Source: Sminthopsis crassicaudata (taxonomy: Eukaryota). Taken from it: a stretch of DNA of 64,000 nucleotides. This document shows positions 38,639-50,683 of the stretch, in pieces. The stretch lies in NCBI RefSeq assembly GCF_048593235.1, contig NC_133617.1, forward strand, positions 646,702,958 to 646,766,957. The letters run 5' to 3'. The position numbers and the translations under genes are program-made. A model generated the notes under the pieces. That model saw only the letters and a list, made by a program, of their open reading frames with translations. It ran no database searches and was not told the origin of the DNA. Numbering within the stretch: position 1 is the first letter of the stretch; each line of letters begins with the position of its first letter.

Positions 38639-41074
38639 ACAAAATGAGAGAAGGTAGAAAGAAGAGTGTCTTGGGAGGTAAATCTCATCTCTGTCACTTT
38701 TTCTATTAGGCAAGTCACTTAACTTCCCTGGGTCTTTATCTATCAAATGAAGAAGTTTAAACTACATGAGTTCTGAGAGGCCATACAGCTCTAAAATCTA
38801 TGATCTGTTTACGTGTTCTCAATTATCACTTCTTTCTGCTTGTCAGACATCTGCCTCTAGTAGGCCACCACCTTTTAATCTGCCATATCTAATCTGCTAT
38901 AACCTGAAAAAAAATTACTAGCAGTAATAGAACTATGTTCAAAGTAAGAGCAAAGGATATGAGTAAGAACCTCGGTTATAAGTAAAATACATGAACTGTA
39001 ACATTTCTTTTGACTGTTCAGGGCTTTTCTGTTTTGTTTTGTTTTTGCTTATGTTTCACTATTCAAAATAAGAATATAAATCATGAAAACAGAATGAGTT
39101 TTAATAAAAGTAAAGAAATATATATACTTTAATGAATTCATGATCTTGCTAATTTAGATATCTAGTTTACTAATCTAGATCACACACATTTTTTATGGTT
39201 CTTGTTTGATTTTCCATAAATTCTCCATAAAGAATCTATGAAATACAATAAAGCCTTTCTCGGGCCCTTTTTAATATTTCAAACAAATTTCAGGTTTTTT
39301 ATATGTTTTCCCTTAATTTTTCCTATATGAGCAGTCTATCTTTTTTTGTAATTATTTATATCTTTGTGTGTGATAAGACTATGGTGAGGTGTCAAGGAAT
39401 GGTCAAAATTTGAAGAGAAAAAGTTCCTAGGCTTCTTTGTTGAATACAAAATTTCAGATGGGAAGTCCCTAGCCTACAAAGTGGATAGGATTACAAGTAA
39501 CAGGGAATAAAACAATGTTGATCAACAGCACCCTTATCATCTACTTAGGCTATCAAGAACATATAAAGGTTTATTTATTTCATATGTAACCTAAGGCTTT
39601 GGCTTGGTGAAATAGTATCTAGCAGTGCTCCTGACATATGAAACCACTAGCAGAGGGGACTCTGTACCTCCTTGTTCTTAATACTTTTACCACAGCTTTA
39701 CAGCCTTATACACACCAAAGGCTACCACTAAATGTTACCTAAGTGGGGGAAAGGTAGATGAAGGAGGAATGGCATTCAAGTAAACAAGAACTATCAATAT
39801 ATATCATCTATATATATCCTTTTCCATATTCAGTACCTATAGTTAAGTAAACCTATACTTTTATAACCTATCCTTATCAGGACAAGCATTTGTACAATCT
39901 GGACACCTGTATTTCCTGAGCTCCCTAGGACAGCTGGTATTTTATATACCACCTTACCCTCAAGTCATCATTGGAAATTTGCTCCAGAACTATAGACACC
40001 CACAAATGGGACTTAGGAATGCAATGCAAGAGACTTTAAACACCTAGCCTATTCTTAACTTTTTTGTGTCATATACCACCCTCCCATCCCCACCCCACCC
40101 CCCGCTTTGGTAGTCTAATGAAGCCTGTAGACCTCCTTTTCAGATTCATGTTAGTTGCTTACATGTTTAATTGAAGAAATGTTACAGAGGTGGTAAAAAT
40201 GAATTAATTTTTTTTCTCATCCAATTTCAGCCCCACCCCACTGAAATTCATACACAAACCTCTCAGAGGATCCATGGATTTCAGGTTAAACATTTCTGTT
40301 TCAGCTCCACCCCTTTATTTCATGCAAATAAAGAACCAACTCAAAGTCCAGAAAGGATGTTACTTTTTCAAAGTCACAATGTGGCATAGAGAACAGGGAC
40401 ATGATCTCAGGTCTCCTGGGATTTTATATACCACCTTATACTCAAGTCTTCATTGGTCTCCTGGTGAGAACTCAAAATGAAAATTAACCAAAAATGATTC
40501 CACTTACTTAAGAGATAAATCTCATCAAGGATAGATGTTTACATAAGCTATCTATCAAAAGACAAAGTCACAGAGAATTTGGGAAGAAATATGGAAAGTT
40601 GTATTCAACATACTTCAAGCTAAAGGAAATGATAAAATATTAAAATAAAAGACAAAAAGAAAGGACAGTAGTTTTCAAGGGTTTTTCTCTTTCCCTGTAG
40701 ACAAACATGAATATTCTCAAATACACAATAAATCCCAGTCATACAAGGGTGACCTTTCTTCTTTCTTAAAATTATACTAAATATTTCTCAAAAAAATATA
40801 AAAGACATCTCTCACACTGTACTGTACTTCAAAAACTGTACTTTAAAACAATTCTTTAATTACCACTACTCATAAAGAATTTGGTCAAACTGTGGATTAG
40901 GTGAATATTCCTTCCCAGGCCTACTTATACCACAACAGCAATCATCATCATGAGCAAAAGTGAGAACAAAACTTTTTAAATTTTTTAATTTCTTATTTAA
41001 ATTTTAAATTATTAAATTAATTTCTTATTTAAAGAATCATCACAAAATTCACTTTTTGAGAAATATGATGTACT

Positions 41075-41959
41075 CAATAAAGATAATGACAAATATTGGA
41101 GGGGATATGGAAAAACTAGGACACTGATACATTGGTGGTAGAACTGTGAACAGATCCAACCATTCTACAGAGCAATTTAGAACTATATTCAAAAAGTTAT
41201 CAAACTATGCATATCCTTTGACCCAGAAGTGTTCCTACTGGGCTTATATCCCAAAGAGATCTTAATGGAGGGAAAGAGACCCACATGTGCAAAAATGTTT
41301 GTGGCAGCCCTTTCTGTAGTGGCAAGAAACTGGAAACTGAATGGATGCCCATCAGTTGGAAAATAGCTGAATAAGTTATGGTATATGAATGTTATGAAAT
41401 ATTATTATTCTGTAAGAAACGATCATCAGGATGATTTCAGAGAGGCCTAGAAAGACCTACATGAACTGATGCTAAGTGAAATGAGCAGAACCAGGAGATC
41501 ATTATACCTGGCAACAACAAGACTATATGATGATCAACTCTGAAGGCTGTGGCTCTCTTCAACAATGAGATGATTCAAACCAGTTCCACTTGTTCAGTGA
41601 TGAAGAGAGCCATCTACATCCAGAGAGAGGACTGAGGGAACTGAATGTGGTTCACAACACAGTATTTTCACTCTTTTTGTAGTTTGCTTGCATTTTATTC
41701 TGCTGCTTCTTTTTTTACTGGTTTAATTTGATTTTTCTTGTGCAGCACAATAATTGTATAAATGTGTATGCATATATAGGATTTAACATATATTTCTACC
41801 ATGTTTAATATATATTGGACTTGTTGCTATCTATGGGAGGGCATGGGGGAAGAGAAGGAAAATTGGAACGCAAGGTTTTGCAAGGGCTAATGTTAAAGAA
41901 TTGTCCATGCATATGTCTTGAAAAATAAAAGGCTTTAATTAGAAAAAAAAAAAAAAAAA
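41075..41959 (+). mobile_element. 5'-truncated L1 with poly(A) tail abutting a TTC39B exon
   Basis: L1 ORF2 C-terminal and 3' UTR sequence, A-run 41943-41960, TSD AGAAATAT(G/A)ATGTACT at 41059-41074 and 41960-41975. Confidence 0.9.
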
Positions 41960-41978
41960 AGAAATATAATGTACTTAC

Positions 41979-42013
41979 AATGGGAGGTTTTCAAAGGCAT
42001 CTTCAAAAGTTTC
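41979..42013 (-). CDS. TTC39B: TTC39B short coding exon (35 nt), ETFEDAFENLP(L)
   Basis: ttttttttccctag|GAAACTTTTGAAGATGCCTTTGAAAACCTCCCATT|gtaagtac. Corresponds to human DVFEDALETIS(I) (recalled). It ends in phase 2 and joins the 13456 exon directly (TT+G = Leu). Confidence 0.88.
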
Positions 42014-43099
42014 CTAGGGAAAAAAAAATAAATATAGTAGGTCTGCCATAATAAGTGACATTGGTACTTAATAATGGGGGGAGGGGGAAATCACTTATTG
42101 AGTAAAACTCTATAATTAACATTTTAATACAAATCATGTTATTGATTATTCAGTATCATGACTCTTCAATGTTTTTTTTCATATAATCTTACTGGTCAAA
42201 TTCTAGAAAATACTAGTATCACATGCATGTATTTAATATAAAGTCACTACCTAGCCATAATTGTGAATGGTCACATTTCTCTTCCATTTTTTTAATAGTG
42301 TGACATGCACTATAATATAGGTATCAGAGACCAAATTTCAAAGCACTGAGAAAAATAGGTACAAAAAGTCAACCCAAGAAAGATAGAAAACTCAGTAAAA
42401 GTAAAATTCTGACAACACAAAGAAAAACACCAATGAAAAGCAAAAAATCGAGAGTTATTTTCCAGTTAAAGTTCACAACAATGAAATATAGTATAGATAG
42501 ACAGAAAGACAGTAGATAGATGACAATCATTTTTGACACACATACACTGGCTATATGACCCTGAGCAAATCAGCTTTCTTGGGCAACTCTCTGAAACTTT
42601 AAGTTGCTAAGAAGCTATCAATTTGCATTGGTTGAGGGACCTCAAGATTCTGATGCCAACCTGATCTCTCAAGGAGGATGTAGAGAACCTCCTGTGCAAA
42701 GAGAAGCAAACATCCCTTTGATCTCAAGCTTTCCAGCACATTCTGCACCTGGACCTTCAGGGAAGAAATGGGGAATGGAACTTCCATCTCCTGCTGTACA
42801 ATTTCCTACCTAGCCTTTGGAATAGTGAAATGAAGTCTCCCATTTCACCATTTGCCTTCCATCTTGTGCTCTACCTTGTCTCCAAACTAATCTCCAGCAT
42901 CCTTTGGCATCTTTTACTCAGTGATGAACATTCCCATAATGCACTTGGATAATGAAGCATGTGAGACTAATTGCCAATTGGACAAATTCTCTATTAACAT
43001 GTGCTGGCTGGATCAGTGGGTGTGGACAAAGAAGGGGAAGTAACATGAATGGGTGGAGTAGGAGGAGAGAATTGAGGCATTCTCCTGGCATTGGAGAGA

Positions 43100-43870
43100 G
43101 AGGAATCCCTGTAGGTCAACCCCCAAATCGCATCAATCTTCCCACCCTAAAGTGTGAACCAAATGCAACTCACTCCTTCTGCTATATCTTCCGGAATGCC
43201 TGCTCCATAGACAACAAATTTGCCTTCATCTTAAATCTTTTCCTTTTCTTCTCCTATCTTCTAGTTATTGAATCTGACCCTCCACTAATGATACAAGCCT
43301 CCCTAGCCACCCTTTTCTCATTCATTCCCCTCTGCTTACTGAGGCAGGGGAGCTGGAAAAAAATTCCTTAGTCCCATATTACTCCTTCTAAGTTTTCCCC
43401 TTACTTCCATTACTCAATCACCTCTCCTTCTTTGAGACTCTTGCAATTCATATATTCCTGGTAACTATGGGCTACAGACCTCCAAATCATTCTTTCTTCA
43501 TCAATGAGTCTGGTACCTAGCAATTCAGTATCTGGCTAAAAAAAATTCTTTCTTCTGTAACTCTTACCCTCATATTTGATTTAAGCATTTATACTGACTC
43601 GCCTTCAAACATCCTAACCGCTCAGTTCTTCAACCACATTGTTTCCCGTGATCTACTTGTTGCATGTTACCTCAGCTACACGCGAAGTTAATCATACCCT
43701 AAAAAGGCACCACACCTCCATGTTCAGGAATTACAAAATCCCTCTTCTTTGCCCACAATCTATTGGCTTTTCTCTTTTTCAACCTTACTTTCTCAAATCT
43801 TCTCTTCAACCACACTATGACCTTCAATTCCTTGACCTTTCAGTTCTCTCTCAAGCCCTCAGAACTTTGT
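43100..43870 (+). mobile_element. Ancient L2 ORF2 endonuclease-domain fragment
   Basis: Degenerate RNACSIDNKFAFILNLFL (WNARSIxNK-like), then YRPP- and SATxR..HTL-like motifs of the L2 APE domain. Confidence 0.65.
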
Positions 43871-44029
43871 AACCCCAAGGGCAGCCTGTGAGTCATCTTT
43901 CCATTTAGATGCAACTTCCCTTTGTTTTATTTTCTATCTATCCAATAATGTCAGTCCATTCATCATTGACAAAAACATCACACATCCCATGTTAATTAAG
44001 CTGACAGACAATTGTTTTTCTGACCATTT

Positions 44030-44640
44030 TCTTTTATTTGAAAATATTTTATTCACATACACACACTACACATAAAACAATTTTTAACATTTTTTTAAAA
44101 TTTCCTTTACATTTGAGGTCCCTCTCTTCTCTCCCTCATCGTAAGTTATCACGCAATCTATTACGGGTTATACATACACAATCATGTAAAACTTTTCCAT
44201 ATTAGTCACATAATAACTTGTGTCATTAGTGGAGAGTCAAGTTTCAGTTATTGTGTGTGTATGTGGGGGGGGGGGAGAAGGGGAAAGAAAGAGAGAGGGA
44301 AAAAGAGAAGGAAAGAGAGAGGGAAAGAAAACTATGCTTCAGTCTGTACTTAAGAGTTCTTTCTCTAGAGGCAGATAGCATTTTTCATCTTGAGTCCTTT
44401 GGAATTGTCTTGGGTCATTGTTTTGCTAAGAAAAGCCAAGTTACTCATAATTGTTTATTGTACAATCATGTGGTTATTGTAAACAATGTTCTCTTGGTTC
44501 TGCTTACTTCATTTTATATCATTCAGGTACATTTTTCCAGATTTTTCTGAAATCATTCTGCTTGTCATCTCCTATAATTAATATCCCATTACAATCATAA
44601 ACAACAACTTGGTCAGCCATTCCCCAATTGATGAATCCCA
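44030..44640 (-). mobile_element. Old L1 3' fragment
   Basis: Ends with cagccattccccaattgatg; contains ttctcttggttctgcttacttcattttatatcattca, an antisense L1 3' motif. Confidence 0.65.
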
Positions 44641-45031
44641 TCAGCAATCCCTGGAGAGTCTTACTCCCACTTGGAGCAGGAGATTACTCCAGATAAAATA
44701 AGATTCAAAGAAAAGTTAGTAAAAACCTGCTATTTTCCTAATTGTTGTCTTTGACTAATTTCCATATTCAATAATCAATTTTCTCAAAATTTTGAGACTT
44801 TGCTAAGGAGTTTTGCTTATAAAACTTTTGAGAATCTGTAAGATATTCTTTTAATTTTATTTTCTAATTACTTTTTCTGTGCATTTTTTCAACCTTTGGA
44901 CAGACTTTTAAATTAACAGAAAAAAAGATTAGGCCCTTTTTCAGGAAATTTTTCAGCACACAAACTACAGCACAGAGGTTTTTTCTGGTTGGTTGTCTAT
45001 GACTATTTCCAGGTAACAAAATCTAGATTAC

Positions 45032-45084
45032 ATATATATATGTATGTGTGTGTGTGTATGTGTGTGTGTGTGTGTGTGTGTGTA
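45032..45084. repeat. (TA)(TG)n microsatellite
   Basis: Read directly. Confidence 0.9.
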
Positions 45085-45639
45085 TGATATGGACATTCTG
45101 TGCAGAAACAAACAGACACAAAAATGATACGAAAAAGAATTGTTCCAACTTTTTTATAACATCATAAATTTGAAAAGTAAAAAAAACATTTTATCCAGTT
45201 ATTATCATTTGCGCAAGCATCAATCATTTTACATACTCAAATATTTGTAGGGAAATTTAATCCCTGATTAAAACAGGGAAAGAAGAATTAATTAAAGTGT
45301 AAGTGTTCAAAAGAAATTCTGATTACCCAGGCCAAACCCATCATTTTACAGGTGAAACAGATGGCACCATCTGAGATTTACTGACTGCCCAAGGTCACAT
45401 AGTAAGCAGGGACAGGACTATAACTCAGATTGTTCAATCAATTTTAGTTACCTTTATACCACATAGTAAATCCGATTCCTTGTCAGACTACCTCTTATCC
45501 TTCCTCATCTTCCTGGCTTCTTACCTGTTCCTTATCCCAATTTCTTAAAGGGCCTATAAGTCTTTTAGATAATTTAAGGCATTTCTGACTCTAGCAAAAG
45601 ACACAAAGAATAAGAGAAGGAATTCCTAAACAAAATAAA

Positions 45640-46170
45640 CTAAGGATATACAGAAATATTCATAACTCTTTTTGAAGTAGCAAAGAATAGGAATCTGAGT
45701 AAGTGCTCATCAATTGGGGAATGGATGTTACAGTATATAAAGAGAGTAGAATCCTATGGTGCTGTAGGAAATAATGATGGGAATTGTTTCAGAAAAATCT
45801 GGAAAGATTTATATAAACTGATACAGAATGAAGTGAACAGAACCAAAGAAAATCTATACATTAGTATCACAGTACAAACAATGCTGAAAGAATTAAGGAT
45901 AAATATGACTAATCAGAATTCCAAAAAATGTGCTCTACACAGAATGATAGAAAAGTAAGAAACCAAGAGTGCAGAATGACATATTTTTCTTTAATATGAC
46001 CAATATGGGAAATTTTTTTCCTTGACTGCATGTTTGTAACAGAGGTATTGTTTTTCTTTCATTCTCAAGATGGAAGTAGGGTGGGAGTGTGCATGGGAAT
46101 ATGCACAATATACAGAGAGAGAAGGAAAATTTTTTGTAATTGAAAGAAATATTTATAATTTTAAAAAAGG
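45640..46170 (+). mobile_element. Old L1 3' fragment
   Basis: catcaattggggaatggatg...ctggaaagatttatataaactgatacagaatgaagtgaacagaacca motif. Confidence 0.7.
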
Positions 46171-46712
46171 TTAAAAGAGATGAGGGATGATTGGATGGGA
46201 AAGACCACAGAGAAAACAAGAAGAAATGGGATCCTAAATACAGATTAGCTTCAGTAAGAAGGAAGACTATCTATTCCTCAAAAACAAGTGAGAAGGAAAA
46301 TATTTAGAGGTGTGGAAGAAGGGTAGAAGTTCACAAATGATCTAGATTATAATCAGCTGTCATTGCTTGGTGTATAATTCTGGATTAGCCATTTATTATT
46401 TAGGAAACATGACTGAGGACCTCAGAAATAAGTACTTGGGGAAATCCCCCTCCCCCAAAAAATCCAGTTACATATGTTCATATCATTCTAGACCTGTTGT
46501 AGAGGATAAAAGTATAGTGAAGGAGATAAGAAGACAAAAGTTCACATTAAGTTGCTTAATTTAGTCCAAGTTCATGGAATATAGTACTTTTAGGGGAAAG
46601 AAAAAAGAAAAAAAAAATGTATGATGCAACAGTCAAATAAGAGCCACAAATCCCAAATGAGAGCACTTCCATCAGGAAGTAATTATTTATGGCCTTTTCT
46701 TCTACAACTTAC

Positions 46713-46793
46713 CTCTAGTACATTATTTTCTTCAATAGCTAACTCCATAAAGTCTTGTGATGAACGGCCACATGGATCTTTATAGTTGTTCAT
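46713..46793 (-). CDS. Candidate alternative first coding exon of TTC39B, MNNYKDPCGRSSQDFMELAIEENNVLE
   Basis: ATG at 46793-46791 with A at -3 and an in-frame TGA five codons upstream. There are 27 open codons ending GAG|gtaagt in phase 0, as the 42013 exon requires. No transcript evidence available. Confidence 0.5.
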
Positions 46794-47160
46794 TTTATAT
46801 AAAATCAATCAACTAGAAGATGTGTTAAAGTTTTCCAAAGAATATCCCTAACCTGATGTCCCTCTGCCTTCCACACCAACTTTCACTAAACATTCCGCTT
46901 GTCTCTTCACTGTTTAGAATAATAGAATCAAAGAACCCTAAGGTTGTAAAGAATGTTGAAAGGTCACAGAGTCCACCAATCACTTTGGCTTTAGGCCACA
47001 CCAGAACTATACTGGAATTAAACTTGTCTATTTACTAATCAAGAGTCAGAGAACATCCTATCATTTCTCTCAGAATAAAAAGCAGCCTGATCTCTGCCAC
47101 CTCCTGACTAAATGATCCTAGTAAAGTGCCTCTCAGTGCTCTAGCCACCTCTCAAACGGT

Positions 47161-47194
<34 letters not shown>

Positions 47195-48699
47195 GGCATC
47201 TGCTTGTTCTTGTCCTAGTAGAGTGCTTCATTTGTCTGAATCCCACTCTTACCTGCAACTACATCAAGATAAAGACATTCAATCTATAGACTACTAAGAA
47301 GTATCATTAAATATGATGCTGGAAAAGTAAGTAAATAAATAGTCTCTACTCTCAAGGAACCGGCATTCCTTTGGGAAAAACAAAATGTATATATTAACAC
47401 ATATACTAAATGTGTTTATACAAAATATAGTTCCAACCAACCATCTATGAATCTAAACCTTCATCTTCTCTTCACCTTCACTAATTTGTTCCCCAAAAAA
47501 AAGTACAATGGATAGATATCAGAGCTGAGCTGACATGCCAGATGCAGAGTTGCCAAATACAATACTTCCATCTTTTTTCACAAAAGAGTTTAAAAAAAAA
47601 AAAACCTGTTCCAAAATATTACTGGAAGGTATTAATCACCATTTGAATAAAATATGAAAGTAACTTCTCAATGTGATTTCTTAAAATCACAGGATTTAGA
47701 GCTGAAGGTACAAAGGAATTTTGCATTATTCATACTGTAATAAAACACCACACATAACAAAATGGAGCCAAAGTTGATTAGTACATCTTTTTCTGCAAAA
47801 ACTAAATGCAGATTAATATGAAGAGGAAGCTTGAAGGTTGATCTAGTTAAGGCTGATGAAATAGCTACAGAGTTCTGTTGTCTGTTAAATTCAGCCAGGG
47901 AAGTCCTTGCAAGGTCATACTTTAATATCTGTGTTACTTTTATTATTTCTTTTGCCCCTTTTCAACAAGTAGTCTTTTACCTTTCATGTATCACACACCA
48001 CATGTAACACACACCCCATCCTCACAACAGTTTTCATTTGTGACTTAAACTAATAACAACCTTCAACATTCTCTGAATATTAAAATAAACACAGCACATT
48101 CCAATTTGTAGTTGCAGAAGGTCTAGAATATCAATTATTATACCAAAGTTCATTTTATACAAACAGCAGAATATGCATTATATGAGTAATATTTTGTGGT
48201 TTGTTTGCTTACATTTATTTGGAGAAAAGACTAATATTTCTCTAAAATCTAATATTTTAGCCATCTATACTTGAGCATTTTCAAAGTATTTATTCCTAAA
48301 TTTTCCTAAATGCTTACTCTCTTTCTCAGAAAATAGTAAATACTCCAACCCTGATTTGCACAATGGACAACAATAATATCCATAATACCTCACTTCTAGG
48401 GAACATAAACTTATAAGAAGGATGGTGTCTGGGCAGGTACCATATCAAAAGAGAGAAGGAGAGCAAAAGCCATTCTGAGGAGACATACTAAGTCCTAAGC
48501 AAGTGATATCTCATTTTTTAGGTGTCAAACAATGGAAAACTGTAGCATCTTTCAATACAACCAAAACCGCTTTTCCCCTGAAAATATTGTAATAGAAAAC
48601 TCAACCGATTGATCTATCTAGTAAACTTAGGGATCATAGAATCACAAATTAGATCTGGAAGGGGAAATCCCTGGAGGGCTTCAAGATTAAGTGGTTTGC

Positions 48700-50345
48700 A
48701 ATCAGACTCCCAAGAAACTATTTTAATGACCTAGAAAAAATAACAACAAAATTCATATGGAAGAATAAAAGGTCGAGAATTGCAAGGGAACTAATGAAAA
48801 AAAAGTCAGAGGAAGGTGGTCTAAGTGTACCTGATCTAAAGCTATATTATATAGCAGCAGTCATAGAAATAGAGCGGTAGATCAGTGGAACAGATTAGAT
48901 ACAAAGGACAAAAAAGGGTACATCTATAGCAATCCAATCTTTGACAAACCCAAAGATACCAACATTAAGGGACAAAAATTCATTATTCGGAAGAAACTGT
49001 TGGGAAAACTGGAAATTAGTATGGCAGAAATTAGATATGGATCCACACTTAACACCATATACCAAGATAAGATCAAAATGGGTCCATGACTTAGGCATAA
49101 AGAATGAGATCATAAATAGATTAGAGGAGCAGAGAATAGTCTACCTATCAGACCTGTGGAGGAGGAAGGAATTTATGACCAGAGGAGAATTAGAGATCAT
49201 TATTGATCAGAAAATAGAAAATTTTGATTACATCAAACTAAAAAGTTTCTGTACAAACAATATTAATGCAAACAAGATTAGAAGGGAAGTAACAAATTGG
49301 GAAAATATTTTTTAAAGTAAAGGTTCTGACAAAGGTCTCATTTCCAAAATATATAGAGAACTGACCCTGATTTATAGGAAACCAAACCATTCTCCAATTG
49401 ATAAATGGTCAAGGGATATGAACAGACAATTCTCAGATGATGAAATTGAAATTATTTCCACTCATATGAAAGAGTGTTCCAAATCACTACTGATCAGAGA
49501 AATGCAAATTAAGACAACTCTGAGATACCACTACACACCTGTCAGATTGGCTAAGATGACAGGAACAAATAATGATGAATGTTGGAGGGGATGTGGGAAA
49601 ACTGGGGACACTGATACATTGCTGGTGGAGTTGTGAAAGAATCCAGCCATTCTGGAGAGCAATTTGGAACTATGCCCAAAAAGTTGTCAAACTGTGCATA
49701 CCCTTCGACCCAGCATTGCTGTTATTAGGATTATATCCCAAAGAAATACTAAAGAGCGGAAAGGGACCTGTATGTGCCAAAATGTTTGTGGCAGCTCTTT
49801 TTGTTGTAGCTAGAAACTGGAAGTTGAATGGATGTCCATCAATTGGAGAATGGTTGGGTAAATTGTGGTATATGAAGGTTATGGAATATTATTGCTCTGT
49901 AAGAAATGACCAGCAGGAGGAATACAGAGAGGCTTGGAGAGACTTAAATCAACTGTTGCTGAGTGAAATGAGCAGAACCAGAAGATCGCTGTACACTTCA
50001 ACAACAATACTGTATGAGGATGTATTCTGATGGAAGTGGAAATCTTCAACATAAAGAAGATCCAACTCACTTCCAGTTGATCAATGATGGACAGAAACAA
50101 CTACACCCAGAGAAGGAACACTGGGAAGCGAATGTAGATTGTTAGCACTACTGTCTATCTACCCCAGGTTACTTATACCTTCGGAAGCTGGTGATTAATG
50201 TGCAACAAGAAAATGGTATTTACACACATATATTGTATCTAGGTTATATTGTAACACATGTAAAATGTATGGGATTACCTGCCATCGGGGGGAGGGAGTG
50301 GAGGGAGGGAGGGGATAATTTGGAAAAATGAATAAAAAAAAAAAA
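48700..50345 (+). mobile_element. Relatively young 5'-truncated L1 (about 1.65 kb of ORF2 3' part, 3' UTR and poly(A))
   Basis: Long ORF2 pieces in the ORF track (48941-49315, 49418-49636, 49572-50030; e.g. MQIKTTLRYHYTPVRLAK) separated by frameshifts. G-rich 3' UTR at 50287-50315 and poly(A) at about 50333-50345. TSD not found. Confidence 0.92.
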
Positions 50346-50615
50346 GAGAGAAGCTTCTCTGTATGACCTCTTTGATCTTTTATACTGCCTCAGACTCACT
50401 TCTGCCTGGATAACTGAGTTATAGATAGAAAAACAGCACAGGATCGTGAGAAGAAAAAGAAATATCACCCTATTAAGCTCGCTCATTGTTTAAAGCAAGG
50501 GTTTTGAAAATGTGACTCAAGGAAATCCTTTCAAATAGTCCTTGAAGTCACAACTACTTTGATAAAACATTTTAATTTCTAATAACATATATACATATTG
50601 GGAGGAAGGATAGAC

Positions 50616-50621
50616 AGAGAG

Positions 50622-50683
<62 letters not shown>
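50616..50683. repeat. (GA)n microsatellite
   Basis: Read directly. Confidence 0.95.

Noticed and set aside
42604-43371. ORFs of 69 aa and 139 aa just upstream of the 35-nt exon
   Set aside because: The second runs into a decayed L2 endonuclease fragment, and neither resembles a host protein. Both are antisense to TTC39B.
48941-50030. Longest ORFs after the integrase (124 and 152 aa)
   Set aside because: These are L1 ORF2 pieces, not host genes.
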